Virus record (IMG/VR): IMGVR_UViG_3300042937_001207
Strand: one strand, 5' to 3'
DNA from: an uncultured virus (IMG/VR IMGVR_UViG_3300042937_001207)
Lineage: Duplodnaviria; Heunggongvirae; Uroviricota; Caudoviricetes
DNA: 64,000 nucleotides
The notes beneath the pieces were generated by a model that saw nothing but the letters and a program-made list of their open reading frames with translations, searched no databases and was not told the origin of the DNA. Positions 60,096 to 64,000 of this stretch are shown here, in pieces (the stretch's first letter is position 1; every line of letters begins with the position of its first letter). The position numbers and the translations under genes are program-made.

Positions 60096-63000
60096 ATGAC
60101 GAACGAATTTGAGCAGGGCGACTGTTGCCCTATAGAAAATGAAACCCAGGAAAAATCACTGAGTTTCGGTTCTCGTTCTATAAGACCCGGCTCACCGGAC
60201 GCATTCACTGATAAAGAATTAGCAAGACAAAGAGCGAGACAGCTTGGATGCATCGGTATACGACAGTACAGCTCAACATCTGGAGGCTTTGTATGGATGC
60301 CCTGCACCAATGAGTCTGACTACAGAAGAGTGACCGGTCAAAGCCCGCTCGGTAGAAGAAACCAAGACAGAGATTTTGCACAAAGAGTTAGACGCGTTAT
60401 CAACAAAAAAACACTAGAAGAAAAAGCACTCGGCCCAAATGTTGGTCAGGCAATTGGCTCTGTTCCTAGAAACATGGACGCAACGACAGCCCGCGATGCG
60501 GATAAAGACAAACGCGTATTGGAAGGTATTGCAGAGGTCAACTTTGGACGAGGAATACCGGACCCAACACCAGGTGGTAATGCTGCAGAAAAGCCAGAAA
60601 CAGTAGCTGGTGCCGTTTTTGAGAACATCGTTGAAGCTCCGCCCAAAATTGCACCACCGCTCCCGGACGTAGACATTGAAGCAGTACCAAAGCCAAAAGC
60701 TTCAGCACCAAACAGACCAAGGCCAGTAAAAACACCAAAAAGACTTGGGGCAACAAGCGGGCCGAGGCAAGAACAAACAATCGGACCAGCTGGTGCAATT
60801 TCAAGAAATCATAAGTCTAATGAAGAAAGAACATACGGTTCTTACATAAGCAATGTGCCCAAGGAATTTGCACTTCCAGAAGAAGCTGAGTTACGCAAAA
60901 AAGTACTGGACATTCTTTTTGACGAAGAAGCAAGGGCTTCTGAATACTATCAAGGAGAAATAAATAGAACTACAGATAAAGTAAATGAATCTGGGGTTGC
61001 AAAATTAAAAACAATGCTTTCCGACGAAGGCCTTGCAAAACAACTGTTTGATGAGAATGTCATAGAACAAGCTAGGCAATGGTGGGATGAAGAGTTTGAA
61101 ATTCTTTCTTCACTATTCATGAGCAAACTGCAAGCTGCAGATTTGGATGAAAGAGACTTTGACGCTGCATTAAATGAGTATCAACTTGAAGCATCGGTAT
61201 CTATTGATGAAGGAATTAACGCTGATGTAATGAAGGGGCTTACCTACAATGGCAGACGTGATGCATATGGTTGGTTAATTGCAGAAGACATAGCTAAGAA
61301 AGTGAGTTCTGGACACAGTTTGGCTTCTTTTGGTGCGCGTGTAGCGGTCGAGACAATGCAAAGTGCAACATTTATTGGCGATGATTCACCGGCTTTGAGA
61401 ATGTTTGGAGCAATGGAAAATGACCCAAAGTTTACCAAGCTTGGGCTGATTGCGCCAATTAATTTAATTGACATACCAGCTTCTCGAAAAGTTTTTAGAA
61501 ATCTAATGCGTCTTGCAACAAAGTCACGAGAGCTTTCAGACTCATTTGAAAATAATCCATTTGAGAAATCATTACTTGGTTCTGTGTTTAGTGCATTTGC
61601 TATGTCAATGTTTATGCGTGGAGGCACACCATCTTTTGATGAAGCAAATATTGAAACATACCTACCTAATTTTGCATACAACGAAGAATCCGCTGCAATC
61701 ATGTTTAGGTTTGCAGAATTACTTGACTCTGTTGATACAAGACTTGTTGATTACAAAGAATCTTTGAGAAGGGCTCGTTCGGAAGTCATCAATTCAAACA
61801 GGGATTTGGCTTATGAAAAACAACAAGAAAGAATAAATCAAGACACAGGTCTAGACCTGCCAACAGATGGTTCTTCATTTGTAAAAAATACAGACTCAAA
61901 AAATAATGTAAAAATTGCAAGTAGATTAGCTGTTTTGTCAAGTTTGACAGATGATGAACTTATGAATCTTGCAAAAAATATTGAACGAACTGGTTTATTC
62001 AGAAAACAAAATCAAACTAACAATTTTATTGAAGACCTTCAGCCGCTTTCACTAGACGGAGCGTTCAAGACTGCAAAAAGAATCACAGACCTATCAAACG
62101 GAAAGATAAACCTTTCGGAACTAGCGGGTGCTCTATATACACCAAACTTTTTTGATGGATGGATGAACCGTGACGGATTGTCGCAGACCTGGGAATCGTA
62201 TCTAAAATTCGGCAAAAACTCAAGAACACATGCTGCCCTAAAAAAAATGACACCAGAAAAAAGGTCTCAATTTCTTGGAGTTGACACAGAGATTGCTGAC
62301 ATGCTTGTTGCAAGAGCTCAAGAAGATTTCCTGTTATGGACTGATGACTCAGAAGCTTTTTCCGGTGATTTGGTAACCACACTAGAGGAATTGAAGTTGC
62401 TAGCTAAGGACGATTCTCTTTTTGACAACCCGAACCCACATCCGAACTACCCACTCCAATGGGGAAATTCAATAGCAAAGTCAGTATCTCACCCGGTAGA
62501 GCAATTTATTCATGCTCTATCCCTCAGAGATATGCAACTAAAAGAAATCTGGGAAAACTCTCATACAAATTCAACAAAACGTGCGATAGATGGGCTTCTT
62601 GGAGAAAATCTAGAGGGTGCGCGAAGTACAGCATTCAAGATTGCTTCTTATTTACTACCAGGAACCCTGCTATCTGAAATAACGGATAACGAAGATGACG
62701 AAATCCCCGCAACAGTCGTTGCCCTAAAGAGACAATTGAACAGATACGACCAAAAAGGCCGTTCCTTTATTGACTACGCCATAATGGCTGACGTTCAAGA
62801 AAATAAAAATAAAAATAGCGTTCTTGAAAGAAATGAAAACCTTGTAAATGCTCTTGGAATAATAAGCACGGCTATTAGAACACTTGGCGCATATGGTGAC
62901 GAAATAAACACAATCAATGGAAATATAAAAGATGTAAATAATTCCATCGCTTCAGAAATATCTGAAGAAAACGATGAATCTTTTGCAGAACTTGTTGAAA

Positions 63001-64000
63001 ACTACATGGATGCAGCCCCATTCGCATGGGGCCCAAGCGGAGCAATGGCAAGGCGCTCTGGCTCGGACTATCCAAGAGAAAAAAGACAGTCTGGAGCATG
63101 GAGCCCTCTTGCTAATTATGCGCAATCAAGCATGTATCTTGATTACAAAAATAGAAGAACAAGAAAAAACCTTGATATATCAAACTCGATAGATGCAAAT
63201 CAATCTGAAATATTTAACGAAATTTCAGAGCTAATGCTAACCCTTAGGGAGCGTGTTTCAAACAACTCACTAAGACTACTTGATTACGCAAAATCATATG
63301 ACCAAAAAACTGGAAATCTAGTTCTTGATTTCTACAACCCAAGAAAGCCTACTTCTGCCCTTGGTGATAGTCCCGGTCTATTAAAATCCATAACAATGCT
63401 ACTAGCCATAGCATCTAATAATGCCAGAAATAATAACGAGCGTTCTGAGGCTAGAAGCATTCTAAACGAACTTCTTGATTGGGCCGAAGTTTACTTGCCA
63501 CAGTATTCCAAAATTAGACCTAAAAATAATAATTCTCTTTCCGAGATGCTTTTAAACGGTCCAGTTGGAAAGCTTGGTGCAAAAGAAGCTTACGATGCGC
63601 TGGAAAACAAAAAATACAAAACACTTAAACAACGACTCCAGGCTTTTGACAATAAGTCCAAAGATATAGTTTTTGACTCAGTTGCAGACAAGAATCCAAG
63701 TTCCAAGCTCAGAGAGCTAGAAACAGAACTTGATGAAATAATCTCGGAAGGCTGGATGAACGAAAGAGTTCTGTCCAGCTTGTTTGAGTCAATTTCGGGT
63801 CACATGGACGATGTATTTGAAGAAGGAATTTCTGAAAGAACAAGAAATCGAATGCGTCCGGTATTTGATGGCTTTGCAAATGCAATGAAGTCCAAGTACA
63901 GCAAGGAATATTCAGAAGCTTTTGGAATGATAAATCTGGATTCAATCCAGAGAAAACGCCGTAGAGCAAATGTCCGGATGTCGCAGGAGACACCAGACTC
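60096..64000 (+). CDS. large module-A/C protein (>1300 aa, runs off window)
   Basis: Not in the ORF track because there is no stop. ATG at 60096, MTNEFEQGDCCP... It contains LGCIG...WMPC, module A at 60423-60572, and GPAGAI, GPSGAM and GPVGKL. Confidence 0.8.
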   Translation, partial: MTNEFEQGDCCPIENETQEKSLSFGSRSIRPGSPDAFTDKELARQRARQLGCIGIRQYSSTSGGFVWMPCTNESDYRRVTGQSPLGRRNQDRDFAQRVRRVINKKTLEEKALGPNVGQAIGSVPRNMDATTARDADKDKRVLEGIAEVNFGRGIPDPTPGGNAAEKPETVAGAVFENIVEAPPKIAPPLPDVDIEAVPKPKASAPNRPRPVKTPKRLGATSGPRQEQTIGPAGAISRNHKSNEERTYGSYISNVPKEFALPEEAELRKKVLDILFDEEARASEYYQGEINRTTDKVNESGVAKLKTMLSDEGLAKQLFDENVIEQARQWWDEEFEILSSLFMSKLQAADLDERDFDAALNEYQLEASVSIDEGINADVMKGLTYNGRRDAYGWLIAEDIAKKVSSGHSLASFGARVAVETMQSATFIGDDSPALRMFGAMENDPKFTKLGLIAPINLIDIPASRKVFRNLMRLATKSRELSDSFENNPFEKSLLGSVFSAFAMSMFMRGGTPSFDEANIETYLPNFAYNEESAAIMFRFAELLDSVDTRLVDYKESLRRARSEVINSNRDLAYEKQQERINQDTGLDLPTDGSSFVKNTDSKNNVKIASRLAVLSSLTDDELMNLAKNIERTGLFRKQNQTNNFIEDLQPLSLDGAFKTAKRITDLSNGKINLSELAGALYTPNFFDGWMNRDGLSQTWESYLKFGKNSRTHAALKKMTPEKRSQFLGVDTEIADMLVARAQEDFLLWTDDSEAFSGDLVTTLEELKLLAKDDSLFDNPNPHPNYPLQWGNSIAKSVSHPVEQFIHALSLRDMQLKEIWENSHTNSTKRAIDGLLGENLEGARSTAFKIASYLLPGTLLSEITDNEDDEIPATVVALKRQLNRYDQKGRSFIDYAIMADVQENKNKNSVLERNENLVNALGIISTAIRTLGAYGDEINTINGNIKDVNNSIASEISEENDESFAELVENYMDAAPFAWGPSGAMARRSGSDYPREKRQSGAWSPLANYAQSSMYLDYKNRRTRKNLDISNSIDANQSEIFNEISELMLTLRERVSNNSLRLLDYAKSYDQKTGNLVLDFYNPRKPTSALGDSPGLLKSITMLLAIASNNARNNNERSEARSILNELLDWAEVYLPQYSKIRPKNNNSLSEMLLNGPVGKLGAKEAYDALENKKYKTLKQRLQAFDNKSKDIVFDSVADKNPSSKLRELETELDEIISEGWMNERVLSSLFESISGHMDDVFEEGISERTRNRMRPVFDGFANAMKSKYSKEYSEAFGMINLDSIQRKRRRANVRMSQETPD

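Noticed and set aside
41227..64000. Major capsid protein among downstream ORFs
   Set aside because: No ORF shows recognisable HK97-fold capsid motifs. The gene probably lies outside the window.

Overview
This 64 kb window is part of a large myovirus-type phage genome. An actinobacterial host is likely, inferred from TANNNT leaderless-type starts and actinophage-like genes. Positions 1-28845 are almost entirely minus strand. They encode tail fibres, baseplate, tape measure, a frameshifted tail chaperone, tube, sheath and neck, then a ParB/PAPS-reductase (IbrAB-like) trio, RuvC-like, HNH, RecB/Cas4-like and Rad52-like genes, and TerL. From 28886 the plus strand carries a portal-MuF fusion, a 3254-aa protein that starts with an HK97-type prohead protease, and about 23 kb of mostly large, unassigned proteins. 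The most striking signal is protein-level. A hexapeptide [G/S/A]-P-x-G-x-[M/L/I/V] recurs about 20 times across four of these giant proteins and separates domain-sized segments (sigma4-like HTHs, WYL, OGFr-like, zincins). The same proteins share conserved 'KA(L/I)G...ARNAD.D..VLEG...RG..DPTP' and 'RC....G(Q/R)FTN....C' modules. This looks like a capsid-loaded, proteolytically processed polyprotein cargo system. Also noted: one in-frame TAA splitting a 1747-codon double-zincin gene, and a structured minus-strand intergenic RNA whose 5' end is 17 nt complementary to 23S rRNA helix 69. No major capsid protein, tRNA or CRISPR array was recognised. All family assignments come from motif reading, not database searches.
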